64,000 nt of DNA, taken from contig CAVOVB010000001.1 of the NCBI GenBank assembly GCA_963699755.1, positions 1,408,001 to 1,472,000 of the forward strand. The letters are read 5' to 3'. The position numbers were made by a program, and so were the translations under genes. The stretch comes from an uncultured delta proteobacterium. GTDB lineage: Bacteria > Myxococcota_A > Polyangia > Polyangiales > Houyiibacteriaceae. The notes under the pieces are model-generated. The model was not told the origin of the DNA, ran no database searches, and was given only the letters and a program-made list of their open reading frames with translations. Position 1 is the stretch's first letter; each line of letters starts with the position of its first letter. This document shows positions 39,733-49,329 of the stretch, one piece after another.

Positions 39733-40553
39733 GGGAGTCCAAGAAAGTCTTGGCGGGCGTCGTGCAAATGAGCTCCACTGCCGACGTCGACGCCAACATG
39801 GACGTCGTGCACCGGCTCGTGCGCGAAGCCGCCGGTCGTGGCGCCGAGATGGTCCTCGTCCCCGAGTGCTTTTCGTACCTGGGCCCCGAGAAGGGCAAGG
39901 TCGCGATCGCTGAATCACTCGAGGACGGCGGACCGATTCTCGACCGCTGTCGAGACCTGGCAGCGGAGGCGGGCATCGACGTGGTCTACGGCGGCTTCTG
40001 GGAGAAGAGCGAAGCGCCGGGGAAGGTGCGCAACGCTTGCATCTACATGCGTTCGGACGGCTCGGTCGCCGCTGTCTATCGAAAGATCCATCTTTTCGAC
40101 GTCGACTTGCCCGATGGCACCAAGGTGCTCGAATCACAGACGGTGGAACCTGGCTCGGACTCCGTGGTGGCCGATGCGCCCTTCGGGAAGCTCGGGCTCA
40201 GCGTGTGCTACGACCTACGCTTTCCCGAGCTCTATCGCCGTCTGGTCGATCAAGGGGCGATCGCCCTCGCCATCCCGGCCGCGTTCACGCTCACCACCGG
40301 CAAAGACCACTGGCACGTCCTGCTTCGTGCGCGGGCGATCGAGCAGCAGTGCTATGTCCTGGCTGCCGCACAAACGGGACACCACTATGGCGAGAGGCAC
40401 TCCTACGGCCATGCGCTGATCGCGGACCCCTGGGGCACGATCCTCGCCGAATGCGGAGAGGGTGAAGGCGTAGCTGTCGCTCTGATCGAGCCGGCATATG
40501 TGGCAAAGGTCCGCAAGGCCCTGCCGAGCCTTCAGCACCGGCGCATTCCGTGA
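39729..40553 (+). CDS. Carbon-nitrogen hydrolase (Nit1-like amidase)
   Basis: Glu-Lys-Cys triad: 'PEC', 'YRKIHLFD', 'VCYDLRFPE'; 'LRARAIE'; TTG start overlaps the rodA stop. Confidence 0.9.
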   Translation: MRESKKVLAGVVQMSSTADVDANMDVVHRLVREAAGRGAEMVLVPECFSYLGPEKGKVAIAESLEDGGPILDRCRDLAAEAGIDVVYGGFWEKSEAPGKVRNACIYMRSDGSVAAVYRKIHLFDVDLPDGTKVLESQTVEPGSDSVVADAPFGKLGLSVCYDLRFPELYRRLVDQGAIALAIPAAFTLTTGKDHWHVLLRARAIEQQCYVLAAAQTGHHYGERHSYGHALIADPWGTILAECGEGEGVAVALIEPAYVAKVRKALPSLQHRRIP

Positions 40554-40563
40554 AAGCCCAATC

Positions 40564-41391
40564 CTAGCCTGGGAACCAGGGCATCAGTCGGCTCGTCATC
40601 CGTTGGTACTGGGCATACGCCGGATATTTTCGCGCGGAAATCTTCTCGGTTAGAGCCGTGGAGCCCTGGAACAGGAGCGAAAGAACCGCGGCGCCAGCGA
40701 TGGTCCAGTTGAGCCAGCCGGCGCCCGCTGCAATCGAAAACACGTAGTAGGTCCACCAAATGGCCTGCTCGCAGAAGAAATTCGGATGCCGCGAGTACCG
40801 AAAGAGCCCCGTCGTGATGAAATTAGCCTCCGGGGTTTCGCCCCGCGCGATGGCTGCGTACTTCGCCGTCTGGAACTTCCACTGCTGCTCATCGGCCACC
40901 GACTCCCCGATGAAGAATAGGATGAAAGCAATGGCCGCGGCGTAGTCCAGTGCGTTGAGAGGCGTTCCCGCCAATCGATAAGCGGCGTACGAGGGGAGGA
41001 CGATGAACAGGAGAAGGAAATTCTGGAAGGGTGCCAGAAAGGTCGCGTTCAGGACCTGGAACCAAGCTGGTCCGATTTTCGATTGAATCTCTTTCCAGCG
41101 ATAGTCCTCGCCTCCCGGCTTGTAACCGCCCTTGCGCGCGAAGTTATAGGTGAGGCGAATACCCCAGAGCACGGTGAGGGCGGCCATCAGATTCAGCCGG
41201 GTGTCACCGAAGCCGACATAGGCTGCGAAGTGCATCGCGAAGAGTGGGGGCGTGATCGACCAGATTCGGTCGACCCAGGAGTACTCTCTAGTGATCAGGG
41301 ACAGGAGCCAGCACAGGAGCGCCAAAGCGCCCGCAGCCCAAAGTGCGGTGGTTAGCGGATCGGTCGCCTTGTAGACATCGAGCAATTGCAT
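40564..41391 (-). CDS. DUF1295 / steroid 5-alpha-reductase-like membrane protein
   Basis: 'YSWVDRIWS', 'WGIRLT', 'EDYRW', 'E..AD.Q...F', 'GLFRYSRHPNFF.E'. Confidence 0.88.
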   Translation of the reverse strand: MQLLDVYKATDPLTTALWAAGALALLCWLLSLITREYSWVDRIWSITPPLFAMHFAAYVGFGDTRLNLMAALTVLWGIRLTYNFARKGGYKPGGEDYRWKEIQSKIGPAWFQVLNATFLAPFQNFLLLFIVLPSYAAYRLAGTPLNALDYAAAIAFILFFIGESVADEQQWKFQTAKYAAIARGETPEANFITTGLFRYSRHPNFFCEQAIWWTYYVFSIAAGAGWLNWTIAGAAVLSLLFQGSTALTEKISARKYPAYAQYQRMTSRLMPWFPG

Positions 41392-41457
41392 GTTGTCTCT
41401 TTGCTCCTGGCGCCGTTGGCGTCAATTGGTCCCGCTCCGCCGCCGCCGCGCTATCGC

Positions 41458-42966
41458 TTAGACTTCGTACAGGACGTCAAGGTAGCGTTCGAGCAGGTCG
41501 GTGACGACGCCCTGGACAGGGACGGTGCTCGCCATTCCATAGACCGGCGCCATACCTTCCTCTTCATCGGGGTGAGTCCGCACATGGGTGACCGCGGCGC
41601 GCAGGTCATCGAGGAAGCGCTTCCGAACCCCCTCTTGCGTGTGTCGGAGGGTGACCGCGATGTGCACGGCCGGAGGCTTGTGCAGGCCGTTCAGGTTCCA
41701 TTGACGCTTGGTCATGAAGTCCATGATGCTGTAGATGTTGAGCTCGTCGGACGTGAAGGCGATCACCCAGAGCGGGTCGCCGAGGACGCGGAGCTCGGCG
41801 ATTTCGCGGATGCCATCTCGGATCTCTGCGCCCGTCTCTAGAATCCGGCGGCTCGCATCGAGATAGCCGCTTTCTCCCATGGACAAGATGGCTGCCCAGC
41901 AGGCCGCGCTGAGCGCACCCGGGCGGCTCCCTGCGAACGTGGGCGAAAAGTATAGGCCGCCGGGCCAATCGGCGACGGTGTAGTACTGGTAGTGGCGAAG
42001 ATCCGGGCTGCGGTAGAGCACGACGCTCGTGCCTTTCGCCGCGTAGCCGTACTTGTGTGTGTCCGCAGACATCGAGGTGACACCGGGCAGACGGAAGTCG
42101 AAAGGTGGAACCTCATAGCCGAGCTTCTGTGCAAAGGGCAGGACGAACCCGCCGAGACAAGCGTCGGTGTGGAAACCGACTCCGCGCTTGCGAGCGAGCT
42201 CCGAAAGCTCTTCGATGGGATCGATCGCGCCGTGTGGAAACGACACGGCCGACCCCACGACACAGATGGTGTTTCCAGTGATCGCCTTCTTGGTGGCAGC
42301 GACGTCTGCGCGATAGTCGGGGCCAACCGGAACTTTGACGAGCTTGAGCCCGAAGTACTGTGCCGCCTTGTCGAAGGCTGCATGCGCGCTGCTCGGAACG
42401 AGCAGCTCTGGGGACGCGATCCCCTTCGTGTCGCGCGCCCAGTCCCGGTAGCTTCGCATCGCGAGGAGGATGCTCTCGGTACCGCCACTTGCGACCGAGC
42501 CGCAGACTTTGGCGGCCGAAGCCTGCTTGGCACCGAGCATGTTGGCCGTCATCGAGACGATTTCAGCTTCATACTTCGCGATGCTCGGCCAGAGGTCGGA
42601 GTGAAGCGGATTGGTCTGAGAAGTGATCGCATAGGCCTCGTTGAGAAAGGCGATGTGCTCTGGGTCGCCGTGGTACACCGCACCGGAGACGTAGCCATCC
42701 TTCCAGCGATCCGCTTCGCGCCGGTCGAGCTCTCGCAAGGTGGCAAGGATTTCCGTGCGGGGCTTGCCCTCAGGGGGCAAGTCGGCGTGACTCTCGACTT
42801 CGCCCTCGTACGGTTTTGCGCCTTTGCGCAGCTCTTCCATGATCGGTGCGTACTCGGCATCAAGCCTTTCCCTCACGATCGGAAAACGCTTTGCAAAGCG
42901 GTAGATGCGCCCCACCAGTGGCTCGAGTGGGCCGAGCTTGATGCTCGCCAGGTCTTTGATGTTCAT
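41458..42966 (-). CDS. Sphingosine-1-phosphate lyase-like PLP enzyme
   Basis: 'VSGAVYHG', 'NPLH.D.WP', 'SGGTESI', 'AHAAF.KA', 'HTDACLGGF', PLP-Lys 'SADTHKYG', 'WPGGLY.SPT.AGSRPG'. Confidence 0.88.
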   Translation of the reverse strand: MNIKDLASIKLGPLEPLVGRIYRFAKRFPIVRERLDAEYAPIMEELRKGAKPYEGEVESHADLPPEGKPRTEILATLRELDRREADRWKDGYVSGAVYHGDPEHIAFLNEAYAITSQTNPLHSDLWPSIAKYEAEIVSMTANMLGAKQASAAKVCGSVASGGTESILLAMRSYRDWARDTKGIASPELLVPSSAHAAFDKAAQYFGLKLVKVPVGPDYRADVAATKKAITGNTICVVGSAVSFPHGAIDPIEELSELARKRGVGFHTDACLGGFVLPFAQKLGYEVPPFDFRLPGVTSMSADTHKYGYAAKGTSVVLYRSPDLRHYQYYTVADWPGGLYFSPTFAGSRPGALSAACWAAILSMGESGYLDASRRILETGAEIRDGIREIAELRVLGDPLWVIAFTSDELNIYSIMDFMTKRQWNLNGLHKPPAVHIAVTLRHTQEGVRKRFLDDLRAAVTHVRTHPDEEEGMAPVYGMASTVPVQGVVTDLLERYLDVLYEV

Positions 42967-43016
42967 CGCCCCTCCGTACCGCAGCGCCGGGCGCTCCGCT
43001 AGTCTTGGTGACGGCC

Positions 43017-44588
43017 TCAGCCGTTGAGCCGCCTGTACATCGCAGCGTTGTTCTTTTGGATTTCCAGGAAGGCCTTGAACAGCTCGTCATAAATCGCTCG
43101 GTTGCCGGCATCTGGCGTGTAGCGTTTTTCGATGGGGACCCGCGATGGGATGTCCTCGACCTCGAGCTTGCCGAGGCCGACGGCAGCGACGAATGCCGCG
43201 CCCCGGACGTTGGCCGAAAGGGGATCGGCGACCTGGTCGATGGGACGGTCCAGCACATCGGCGAAGATCTGGCACCAGAGCTCCGACTTCGCGCCGCCCC
43301 CGATGAATCGAATTCCCTCGAACGGCCTGCTGATGAACGACTCGACCCCGCGCATGAGCCAGCGGGTGTTGTAGGCGACGCCTTCCATGACCGCGCGCAC
43401 CATGTGAGCCCGCGTCGTTCTCAGCGAAACGTTCGAAAACGCAGCGCGCAGGTTGTGATCGGCGACCGGCGTGTGCTCACCGTAGAGCCAGGGTGTGAAG
43501 ATCAGCTTGTCGCTGCCGGCAGGCGCCTCCGCTGCGAGCTGATTGAGACGATCAAACACATTCGCAGGGGGGCCTCCCGGGTCGAGCACGTCATCCCTGC
43601 AAAGCACGTTGTCGCGCAGCCAAGTCATGCACGCCCCGGCCGTTTCCTGCTCGTTGCCAATGAAGTACCGACCTGGCAGCGCGGATGGAAGGGAGGCCAT
43701 GTTGTGAATGAGGTCGGTCTTCTTGAATGGCACGTGGCAGGTCAGCCAAGACGAGGTTCCCACGTAGAGGTGTCCATCGAAATCGCCGACGGCGCCGGAG
43801 CCGACCGCGGCCGCGGGCACGTCCGGCGTTCCTCCGACGACCTTGGTGTTCTCCTCGAGGCCTAGCTCGCCGGCAGCCCTCGGGGTCAGGGTTCCGATCA
43901 CGTCCACGGCTCGAGTGAGGTCGGGAAGCTTCTCCCTCGGGATCGTGGTCTGCGCGAGCAGCTTGTCGTCGTACTTGATGTCGTTGATGTCACGATTGTC
44001 GGTGACCCAATGGAGCGCTATCGAGTCGACAGTCGCCAGGAATTTTCCAGTGAGCCTCAGGTTCAGATAGTCCTTTGGCTCCATGAACTTGTATGCAGCA
44101 GCGTAGATTTCCGGGCGCTCGTGTCGAAGAAATAGGATGTGTGCCACCGGCTCCTTGCCGGCGAGGCTCGGGACGCCGCCCGTCTTGCGAAGCCAGCTTT
44201 CGAGCTTCCGCGCGCCATAGCCTTGAATGCGGATCAAACCGCCGGCGACTTCGGGCACGTACTTTGCGCCGCGCGAGTCGAGCCAGATCATCGCCCTACC
44301 GAGCGCGTTCCCGGCTTGGTCCACTGGCACGGTGCCTGCCCACTGCGAGGTTACCGCCACAGCGAGGATCCGCTCTCTCGGAACCAGCTCGCGGTCGGTG
44401 ATCCGACGCGTCGCAGCCGTGATCGCGCGCCACCAATCGTCCGGATCCTGCTCGGCGCCGCCGCCGTCGCTCAGAAACAGCTCGGTGGACTCGACCTCGG
44501 CGGCCAGCACTTCGCCTTCGGTCGTGACGAGCGCCACTTTCGGGCCGCTGGTGCCGAGGTCGATCGCGAGAATGCATTCCGGTTCCAT
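43017..44588 (-). CDS. FGGY-family carbohydrate kinase (xylulokinase-like)
   Basis: '[10 protein letters not shown]', 'EQDP..WW', 'WLDSR', 'KDYL..RLTG', 'GTSSW', 'RAVMEGVA', 'GGGAKS..W.QIFAD'; GGAGG RBS. Confidence 0.92.
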   Translation of the reverse strand: MEPECILAIDLGTSGPKVALVTTEGEVLAAEVESTELFLSDGGGAEQDPDDWWRAITAATRRITDRELVPRERILAVAVTSQWAGTVPVDQAGNALGRAMIWLDSRGAKYVPEVAGGLIRIQGYGARKLESWLRKTGGVPSLAGKEPVAHILFLRHERPEIYAAAYKFMEPKDYLNLRLTGKFLATVDSIALHWVTDNRDINDIKYDDKLLAQTTIPREKLPDLTRAVDVIGTLTPRAAGELGLEENTKVVGGTPDVPAAAVGSGAVGDFDGHLYVGTSSWLTCHVPFKKTDLIHNMASLPSALPGRYFIGNEQETAGACMTWLRDNVLCRDDVLDPGGPPANVFDRLNQLAAEAPAGSDKLIFTPWLYGEHTPVADHNLRAAFSNVSLRTTRAHMVRAVMEGVAYNTRWLMRGVESFISRPFEGIRFIGGGAKSELWCQIFADVLDRPIDQVADPLSANVRGAAFVAAVGLGKLEVEDIPSRVPIEKRYTPDAGNRAIYDELFKAFLEIQKNNAAMYRRLNG

Positions 44589-44740
44589 GGATGTCTCCTC
44601 CGCACGCCCTAGAAGTCGTATACCTCGTTCTCTAGACCGAAGTCTTTAGGCCCCAGTCCGGGGTTCAAGTCCAAAATTGGTTGGTCGTATGATCCGTACA
44701 CGCGACCCTGCTCCGTGCTGCCTAGCCCCTGTTCTTCGGC

Positions 44741-45409
44741 TCAGTAGGCATCCATTCCTTTGGGTATATGGCCCCGAGCATAGCTCTCGGCCGCGCGCTT
44801 CCGATCTCTGTGCATGCGGCCCCGCGCGATGTAGCTCGCCCAGCTCGGCACCCTTCGTATGCGATCGCCGCTGGCAAGCGCGACGACGTACGCTTTCGCG
44901 CATTTCTCGAAGAGCTCGGCATTGAACACGAGGCGGTTCGCCGTGGTGCCGAGGCAGATCCGCTGGTCTCCGTAGATCAGGACGTTCGCGCCGCCTTCAA
45001 GCGCACCGCACAGGCGAGTGGGGCGCCCCACAGCGATGGGCCTGCCGATCACGCCGATGTGTCGAGCTTGCTCATCGAAGAGGGTTGGGATCGTGGCTCC
45101 GATGTTCGAGAGCGCCGAGGACCATGGAGTCCTCCCGACTAGAATCGCGCCCGCATCGTGGCGAGATCGATAGATCGCTGCATGCAGGCCAGCCGCTTCG
45201 TTTCCCATCGTCTCGAAAGGAACCCATCGCTGTTCGTCGCTGCCCGTCAGCAAGAGAAGGCACGCCTGATGCCCGGGTATCCTCATCGACAGAGACCCGT
45301 CAGCCTCGCCGAAAAGCGCTTTGCTGCGGAGCCTCGCTTCATCCTTGCGTAAGAGCTCGGAAATTTCGTTCATCTCGTCTGTGCTCCTCGAGCGAGCTGG
45401 TAAGCTCAT
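44741..45409 (-). CDS. Class II aldolase/adducin-like protein lacking the metal-binding motifs
   Basis: 'LHAAIYRSR.DAGAI', 'FDEQARHIG', 'NAELFEKCAKAY'; HxH and NHG motifs absent; ATGA overlap with upstream gene. Confidence 0.7.
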   Translation of the reverse strand: MSLPARSRSTDEMNEISELLRKDEARLRSKALFGEADGSLSMRIPGHQACLLLLTGSDEQRWVPFETMGNEAAGLHAAIYRSRHDAGAILVGRTPWSSALSNIGATIPTLFDEQARHIGVIGRPIAVGRPTRLCGALEGGANVLIYGDQRICLGTTANRLVFNAELFEKCAKAYVVALASGDRIRRVPSWASYIARGRMHRDRKRAAESYARGHIPKGMDAY

Positions 45410-46074
45410 TTCTGAGTCTCCTCGGTTGCTTCGCCGGACACCGACCGAAGGACATCGGCTACGAGCGCGTCCACGGAGGGGCTCAGGCGCTTCGAGCTTC
45501 GTTTGGTCCGCGCCAAGAAGAAGGCTGCGCACTCGGATTCGAGGGCGGCTAGCCTGGTCATGGCCTCGCTCGCATCACTGCCCACGCAGACCACACCATG
45601 GTTGCGCATCAAGTACGCGTGGATCTCGGGCCTCACCGCTCGCGCAACCCGCATGGCCAGCAAGCCCGTCCCAGACGGCGCGTAGCCCACACAGGGGACT
45701 GTATCCCCGAGCAGAGGTCGGTGCTCAGGACCTTCAACTCTCAGAGGCTTGGCGAGGAGTGTGTATGCGCTTGCGATCGGCTGATGCGTGTGCACGCTTG
45801 CCCCACAGTCCGGACGGGCCGCGAGAACCCTAGCGTGCAGACCCGCCTCGACCGAGGCTTCGCGATCTCCTTCGACCTGCTTCCTGTCCGAGAGACGCAT
45901 GATGCAAACCTCTGCGGCAGTCATGGCGTAGTAGTCGGTTGCCGATGGTGTGACCGCGAAGCGATCCGCGTCGATGCGCAGCGCTACATTACCCCCGGTC
46001 CCAGCCAGGTAACCCCTCTCGGCCAGGTCGATGCAGATCCTCACGACCTGCTCTCTCGTCGCCTGAAACTTCAT
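45406..46074 (-). CDS. Class II aldolase/adducin family protein (FucA-like)
   Basis: 'GTGGNVA', 'TPSA', 'ASVEAGLH', 'VHTHQ', 'LMRNHG'. Confidence 0.9.
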   Translation of the reverse strand: MKFQATREQVVRICIDLAERGYLAGTGGNVALRIDADRFAVTPSATDYYAMTAAEVCIMRLSDRKQVEGDREASVEAGLHARVLAARPDCGASVHTHQPIASAYTLLAKPLRVEGPEHRPLLGDTVPCVGYAPSGTGLLAMRVARAVRPEIHAYLMRNHGVVCVGSDASEAMTRLAALESECAAFFLARTKRSSKRLSPSVDALVADVLRSVSGEATEETQK

Positions 46075-46079
46075 CGCGG

Positions 46080-46143
46080 TCGCTCCTCGCGTCCGCGTCG
46101 CCTAAACCTGAGATGCACTTACGTTTGGCGACGCTAGGAGCGA
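46080..46143 (-). promoter_or_regulatory. Stem-loop occluding the RBS of the aldolase gene
   Basis: TCGCTCCT (46080-87) / AGGAGCGA (46136-43) and GCGTCGCCtAAAC (46095-107) / GTTTGGCGACGC (46123-134) are nested inverted repeats. Confidence 0.5.
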
Positions 46144-46207
46144 TGCTTGTGTCTTGCAAGGACGAACAAGCCTTTATAGAGGCAGGCGAGCTGGATCGCT
46201 GGATTCC

Positions 46208-47218
46208 CTAGTGAGCGGCGGCTTCCACGGCCTTGAGCAGGCTCTTGCTGTAGATACCGCGCTCGGCGAGCTCTTCTCGGGCCTTCTTCGCTGCTGCGTC
46301 CCAGGCAGCCTCGTTCGCGGAGGCGTCGACTTCCGTGATGCCGCGGCCAAGGAGGGTCTGGTAGGCGCGGGCGTCGTCGCGGCCGACGATTTGGTCGAGC
46401 TTGGAAGCCGCACGCTTGGCGGTGTCGAGCAAGGTTTGCTGATCCGCCTTGCTGAGCTCGTTGAACTTCTTCTTACTGATGATCGAGCCGCCAACGATGA
46501 TGTTGAAGTTGCTCGAGCTCATGTACTTGAGCTTCGTGTACCACTGGAACGCGACTGCAGCCATGGCGGAGGCGGGCACGACCTGCAGCTTGCCTTCCTT
46601 GAGTCCGGGGAACACGCCGGACGCGCCGATTTTCACGGGAGTCGCGCCGAGGGCCTTGATATAAGCGAGCGCTACGGCGTTATCCTCGCCGGCCCAGCCG
46701 GGCTTGCCAGCGAGGTCCGCAGGCGAGCTGAACTCAGTCGAGGAGAACACCCGGTTCTTGCCGCCGTCTCCCCAGGCGAGCAGCTTGAAGCCGCCGTCTT
46801 CGATCAACTTCTGCAGCTGCGAGTCGAGCTTCTCGCGCGCCCGGTCGAGTTGCGCGTCGGTGGTGAGAAGCCCTGGAGCCGTCAGCACCTGGAGCGCGGG
46901 GGCCACCATGCTCAAGCCCGTGGTGGCGACGCCCGCCGCGTCGAGCTTGCCCGCCTTGATCCTTGATACGAGATCTCGGTCACTGCCTTCGCTGCCACCC
47001 GAAAAGACGCGAAGCTCGACTCGGCCTTCGGTGTCTTCCTGAAGCGTTCGGCTCCAGGCCTTGAGCACTTTCACGAAAGACGAGCCGGGCGGGGCCAGCG
47101 ATGCGATCCGGATTACGGTCGCCTTGCTCGTAGGTGTCTGAGAGACCGCGGAGCGCCCAGGGACAAGCAGCGCGGCGAGCGTGAGAGCGAGGATCAGGGC
47201 AAATTTGCTATGCTGCAT
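46208..47218 (-). CDS. TRAP transporter substrate-binding protein (DctP family)
   Basis: Signal peptide; 'IASLAPPGS', 'TEGRVEL', 'GGSEG.D', 'AFQWYTKLKYM'. Confidence 0.88.
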   Translation of the reverse strand: MQHSKFALILALTLAALLVPGRSAVSQTPTSKATVIRIASLAPPGSSFVKVLKAWSRTLQEDTEGRVELRVFSGGSEGSDRDLVSRIKAGKLDAAGVATTGLSMVAPALQVLTAPGLLTTDAQLDRAREKLDSQLQKLIEDGGFKLLAWGDGGKNRVFSSTEFSSPADLAGKPGWAGEDNAVALAYIKALGATPVKIGASGVFPGLKEGKLQVVPASAMAAVAFQWYTKLKYMSSSNFNIIVGGSIISKKKFNELSKADQQTLLDTAKRAASKLDQIVGRDDARAYQTLLGRGITEVDASANEAAWDAAAKKAREELAERGIYSKSLLKAVEAAAH

Positions 47219-47255
47219 ATCGACTCACCGTTGGACGGCCCCAGGCCGCAGTTGT

Positions 47256-48266
47256 TCACTTTTCGGAGGCCAGCTTGGTGACCTCGGCCAGCAGGCTCTT
47301 GCTGTACACGCGGCCCGTCAGCTGCTCCCGTGTCTCTTTGGCGACGGCGTCCCATTCGGCCTTGTGCGGGCTCAAGTCGACCACTTGGATGCCTCGTTCG
47401 ACCAGGGTCCTGTACGCCTTCTCGTCATCTCTCAGGACGATCTTGTCCATGGCGCGCGCGCCGCGCTCGGCGGTGTCGAGAAGGATCTTCTGGTCGCCTG
47501 GCGTAAGCTGATCGAAGACTTCCTTCTTGATGATCGAGCCGCCGATCAAGATGTTGAAGTTCTGCTTCGCCATGTAGTTAAGCTTGGTGTACCACTGGAT
47601 CGCGACCGCCATGATACAGGAGCTGGGCACCGTGTCGATCATCCGGGTCTGCAGGCCGCCATACACCTCGTTGGCGCCAACGCGCACGGGGTTCGCGCCG
47701 ATCACGCCCAGGAAGCCCGCGAAGACGGGGTCGTCTTTCCAGGCCCAGGGTCGGCCCGACTTGAGATCACTGGGTCGCGCGAAAGGCCTGGTCGAGAATA
47801 GACGGTTCTTGCCGCCGTCGCCCCAGGTCAGCAGCTCGAATCCGACATCCCGGAACATCCCTTCGAAGCGCTCACGAAGCTCGGTCCGGACGTGAACGAG
47901 TTGATCCATCTCGGTGATGAGCCCGGGCGCGGTCAGTACCAGGATCGGGCGCACGATCATGCCCATGCCCGTGGTGGTGATCCCCGCCGAGTCGATCTGA
48001 CCGGCGCGGATCTTCCGAATGAAGTCGCGTTCGTCGCCCTGACTGCCCCCGGTATAGAATCGGAGCTCGGCGCGACCCTCGGTTTCCTGTTTGAACGTGC
48101 GGCCCCAGGCTTTGAGGATTTTACCGAACGCCGAGCTCGAGGGGGCTAGCGATGCATACCGAATCACGATGGGTCCATCCGCCGCTGCGCTCGGGACTTT
48201 GCCGCCGGGTAAGAAGAAGCTAGCGAATGCGAGACCTGTCACCAACAAGTGCTTGCAAGTGCTCAC
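47256..48266 (-). CDS. TRAP transporter substrate-binding protein (DctP family), paralog of the adjacent gene
   Basis: 'YASLAPSSS', 'GGSQGDE', 'WGDGGKNRLFS', 'QWYTKLNYM', 'VYSKSLL'; GTG start 48266 with AGAGGA RBS. Confidence 0.88.
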   Translation of the reverse strand: MSTCKHLLVTGLAFASFFLPGGKVPSAAADGPIVIRYASLAPSSSAFGKILKAWGRTFKQETEGRAELRFYTGGSQGDERDFIRKIRAGQIDSAGITTTGMGMIVRPILVLTAPGLITEMDQLVHVRTELRERFEGMFRDVGFELLTWGDGGKNRLFSTRPFARPSDLKSGRPWAWKDDPVFAGFLGVIGANPVRVGANEVYGGLQTRMIDTVPSSCIMAVAIQWYTKLNYMAKQNFNILIGGSIIKKEVFDQLTPGDQKILLDTAERGARAMDKIVLRDDEKAYRTLVERGIQVVDLSPHKAEWDAVAKETREQLTGRVYSKSLLAEVTKLASEK

Positions 48267-48280
48267 CCTTGATCCTCTTA

Positions 48281-48898
48281 CTACAAGCCGAGGGCGGGAA
48301 CCAATCGCCGCCTCAGGAATTCCCGGAGCTCGGCTTCGGTCCGCTCGGGCTCGGGGGCTGCCAGGAGAGAGAGGATCAAACGGAGCATGAATTCCATGGC
48401 CTCCGTGCCATCGGGCTCGTCCCAGCCCGTGGCGTCGATGATCTCGCTCAACGCGACACGGGTGAACATGATCGACGCCGGTTGGGTGAAACCCTGCAAG
48501 AGGTAGGCATCGAACGTGGCGGGCTGCCACACCTGCCGGAGGACTGGGTTCTCCCGGATGGTGCGGAGGGTGAACACGGCGGCTTCAACGATTTTGTCGC
48601 TCGGCTCATCCAAGTCTCGAATGTGCGCCTGGATGTCATTTGCAAGGCGGAGCCCAGCCTGAAGCAGGGTCGAGCGGATGAGCTCCTCCCGGCCTTTGAA
48701 GTAACGATAGACCGTCGGGCGGCTCACTCCGGCTTCGAGCGCAACGTGCGCGATGCCGGTGCCTGGGATCCCGTTACGGGCGATGCAGCGAGCTGTGACT
48801 TCGAGCAGGCGCTCGCGGGCGGCCGCCGGCTCTGGAGGGTCTCCATCCCAGGCCTCGCGCTGCTTGGCACGAGGATCTCGATCCGCGTTTCGCGTCAT
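48281..48898 (-). CDS. TetR/AcrR family transcriptional regulator
   Basis: HTH 'IAHVALEAGVSRPTVYRYF'; 'E.MLRLILSLL..P'. Confidence 0.92.
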   Translation of the reverse strand: MTRNADRDPRAKQREAWDGDPPEPAAARERLLEVTARCIARNGIPGTGIAHVALEAGVSRPTVYRYFKGREELIRSTLLQAGLRLANDIQAHIRDLDEPSDKIVEAAVFTLRTIRENPVLRQVWQPATFDAYLLQGFTQPASIMFTRVALSEIIDATGWDEPDGTEAMEFMLRLILSLLAAPEPERTEAELREFLRRRLVPALGL

Positions 48899-49329
48899 TG
48901 TTCCAGTCAGGCGTCCCAGGATATCCGCCGGGGCCTCCGAGGCTAGCAGCCCCGCGAGGCTCGGGCATTGGTCATCCGCGCGACCAGCGGCCTGCGCCGA
49001 GCGCGCCTGCGCAGAAGAAGAGCCAGCCGGCCTTCGAGTGGAAGCCGCGAACCGAGAACCCCTCGGAAGTGTCTTTACATTGTATTACATGCGTATTTAG
49101 ACGTTTGCGCGCTGTCCGGTAGATCGACTACTAAGAACGAAAAAACAAAACACAGGCTCGCGTAGCAAAGCCTACAAATGTAAACACGCCGGAGCCTACC
49201 TCCCAATGCCGATGGTTCGAGGGCGCACTGTAAAGATGCTCACCTAAACTATACTTTTGCGACCTGGCTATCATTTTCTTGTTTGAAGATGATGAAAGTT
49301 TTCGTCATCATTGAAAGCAGGAGAATTCT

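Noticed and set aside
44655..44675. tRNA T-loop-like 'GGGTTCAAGTCC'
   Set aside because: Only two stem pairs form and there is no cloverleaf upstream or CCA/acceptor stem downstream.
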